Shown in pieces: positions 62,001 to 64,000 of a stretch of DNA of 64,000 bases. Location: the NCBI RefSeq assembly GCF_036365525.1, contig NC_090409.1, positions 39,132,437 through 39,196,436 of the forward strand, given 5' to 3'. Made by a program: the position numbers and the translations under genes. The notes under the pieces were generated by a model. That model did not search any database, was not told where the DNA came from, and worked only from the letters and a program-made list of their open reading frames with translations. The DNA comes from Heterodontus francisci (lineage: Eukaryota). Every line of letters begins with the position of its first letter. Within the stretch, counting starts at the first letter, position 1.

Positions 62001-63699
62001 AGTACTTCGCTCCCTCCTGACATCACTACCTCCATCCCACCCCCAGCAGTACCTCACTCCCTCCTGCCATCACCATCGCCATCCCACCCCCAACAGTACC
62101 TCGCTCCCTCCTGCCATCACCACCTCCATCCCACCCCCAGCAGTCCCTCGCTCCCTCCTGACATCGCCATCCCACCCCCAACAGTACCTCGCTCCCTCCT
62201 GCCATCGCCACCTCCATTCCACCCCCAGCAGTCCCTCGCTCCCTCCTGACATCGCCATTCCACCCCCAACAGTACCTCGCTCCCTCTTGCCATCGCCACC
62301 TCCATCCCACCCCCAACAATACCTCGCTCCCTCCTGCCATCATTGCTGCCTACCGCAGCAGTCTACTCACCACTTGCTCCTGGCATCGCTGCTTCATTCC
62401 CTCTGCCATCCCTCTGCTCCCCTCCCCTGCTTATCTTTTCTGTCTCTGTGCGAGGAAGAAAGGCAGCAATCGCGGGACGGAGTGGGGAGGCTGGAGTGAA
62501 TGGCCCACAGATAGGTGGAGGTGTGAAGCGTGGAGTGAGTAGGTGGGGGGGTGGGTGGTGGAGGGCGGAGATGAAGCGAGGCTGGGGGTGAGCGGTGAGC
62601 AGACATTGCAGTACACAATGATGTTTGAGCGTAGACATGAGTAAGTCCTGGTAAACCGGGTGCTGACGTAGACTGCACATGGGCAGCACTGTACGAACAG
62701 CAAGACTCTGATCTGCACATGTGTGAAGCTGGGAGCTTCTGATGTTGGCAGTGGGTTGCGTTGTCAGCAGTCACTTTGTTTTATTTTATTCATGTTAGTG
62801 GGATGTCTGCGTCACTGGCCAGGCCAGCATTTATTGCCCATCCCTAATTGCTGTTGAACTGAGTGGCTTGCTCGGCCATTTCAGAGGGCAGTTCAGAGTT
62901 AACCATATTGCTGTGAGTCTGGAGTTACGTGTAGGCCAGACCAGCAGATTTCTTTCTCTAAAGGACATTCATGAACAAATCGACTGTTTTCATGGTCACC
63001 ATTATTCTAGCTTTTTATTTTAAATTACTGATTTTATTAATTAAATTCAAATTTCACCATTTGCTGTGGGTGGGATTCAAACCCCTGTCCCCAGAGCATT
63101 CACCTGGGCTCTGGAGTACTAGTCCAGTAACAGTCCCACTACACCCCACCAGTTCCCCATAGGCCCCAGGACTCCTCAGCATTGAAGTCAGTGGAAAGTA
63201 ATACTGATCCCATTGTAAACCAGCGTTCCATCCAATCCTGTGGTTTACCCAAACAGCAAATTATTTTAAATTCCTGCTCTATTTCAGCGGGCTGTTGGGT
63301 TTAATTAAAGGGAGGCTGCTGCTGGTCAGGGTCTGGTTATCTCCATTGGAAACCATGTATTGATCACATTGTGGGTGTGTAAGAAAGTCGAGCTGTGGGG
63401 TGGCTTCCTGTGTCTGTGGCTGTTTATTGGTGTTTAATCTCCCACATCCCTCCAGGACTAGAATTGACCAGGGATGTGTTTGCACTGGGGATGGTTCTGA
63501 AACACTAGGTGCTGACAGTCTCTGCTGTTAGTTTTGTTAGTGTGTCCCAGTCTGTTAACAGCTTCATTCTGTCTCTAGGTCCTGGACCCTCTACTGGATT
63601 GGTAGTTGGATTGGTCATCGCAATTCTGGTTCTTGTTTGCATAATTCTTGTTCTTCTTTGCATAATTCTGGTTTTCATAATCCAAAACCGACAAAGATG
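56020..63699 (+). CDS. Copy B: single V-set Ig type I membrane protein, B7/CD276/butyrophilin-like; tail exon beyond the window
   Basis: Exons 56020-56040, 58360-58423, 60360-60704 and 63579-63699 join in frame and mirror copy A. Confidence 0.82.
56062..58285 (+). repeat. 81-bp minisatellite (about 27 copies) filling intron 1 of copy B
   Basis: Period 81 (gagagggacc at 56161, 56242, ...); one unit has a 4-nt deletion near 57845. Confidence 0.97.
58360..58423 (+). CDS. Copy B exon 2 (signal peptide)
   Basis: ttgcag|GPNLQKLLLLLLLLNAVAAVS-G|gtaaac; same peptide as copy A. Confidence 0.87.
59016..59566 (-). mobile_element. Solo LTR related to 14107-14645
   Basis: TGTTA...TAACA; shares the AATAAA-containing end; no TSD visible. 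Confidence 0.6.
60360..60704 (+). CDS. Copy B exon 3 (IgV domain)
   Basis: ttccag|GYLPVPVSGFLGEQVVLPC...WW...YQCQIY...VHLSVT|gtgaga; 345 nt, phase 1/1. Confidence 0.92.
60765..61375 (+). mobile_element. tRNA-headed element followed by APE-endonuclease start (uninterrupted copy)
   Basis: Head shared with the SINE at 9985; degenerate VILTES..IPGYVLSH.QDRP..GGTVV. Confidence 0.7.
61575..62345. repeat. 47-bp minisatellite
   Basis: Unit cccacccccagcagtacctcgctccctcctgccatcgccacctccat. Confidence 0.95.
62785..63150 (-). mobile_element. tRNA-derived SINE (family of 9985-10390)
   Basis: Same head and LINE-type tail in reverse. Confidence 0.7.
63579..63699 (+). CDS. Copy B exon 4 (transmembrane)
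   Basis: ctctag|GPGPSTGLVVGLVIAILVLVCIILVLLCIILVFIIQNRQR|gtgagt; 121 nt, phase 1/2. Confidence 0.87.
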
Positions 63700-64000
63700 G
63701 TGAGTTCCAGAATGATCTGCAGTTCCCATTGTTAATTCTAGTTTTGTTTTATTATATTTGGTGTTGTGGAAATGTTGTGTACACTGATACACTTTGTGCT
63801 GTGTAGGATGTTTCAATGCTGCATTATCCAGTCACTTCCAGCTTGTTGTCATCCTCTAGCTGCTGAACTGAAGGTGAAGAGCAGGAATGTGCGGCTCCCT
63901 CTATCACACAGTTAATAGACACTCGCCTAATCTCTGCAGCAAACAACTCACCAGCCTACACCTAAAATCCCCTTGTCCCCTCTCCTCTGACTTTTCACCA

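Noticed and set aside
63288-63304. Alternative terminal exon giving a soluble copy B (AGCWV*)
   Set aside because: The acceptor is plausible, but it has no counterpart in copy A and no nearby polyA signal was seen; it needs RNA data
36905-63699. Classical activating/inhibitory paired receptors or rearranging V segments
   Set aside because: No charged TM residue, no ITIM in copy A, and the V exons end in splice donors with no heptamer-nonamer RSS

Overview
Eukaryotic, repeat-rich vertebrate DNA. The repeat families (HE1/V-SINE, Deu-domain SINE, CR1/HER1 LINEs, Penelope remnants) point to a cartilaginous fish. Three genes can be rebuilt by hand from splice sites and phases. (1) A KCNN4-like (KCa3.1/SK4) Ca2+-activated K+ channel on the minus strand, with 7 coding exons from 31406 down to 748; the last exon lies left of the window. 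(2) and (3) Two head-to-head paralogues of a single-V-set, B7/butyrophilin-like type I membrane protein. Copy A (minus, 45464-35004) is complete at about 231 aa. Copy B (plus, 56020-63699) has its tail exon beyond the right edge. The main observations are: the paralogues have almost identical introns but strongly divergent V exons, mainly on the predicted ligand-binding face; KCNN4 exon 6 sits in the loop of a large inverted 35-bp minisatellite pair; there are minimal Penelope-type hammerhead ribozymes; intron 1 of copy B is a stop-free in-frame 81-bp array; and several nested insertions have readable target-site duplications. Most long ORFs in the supplied track are minisatellite or LINE artefacts. 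Repeat boundaries are approximate. Comparisons with human proteins are from memory, not from a search.
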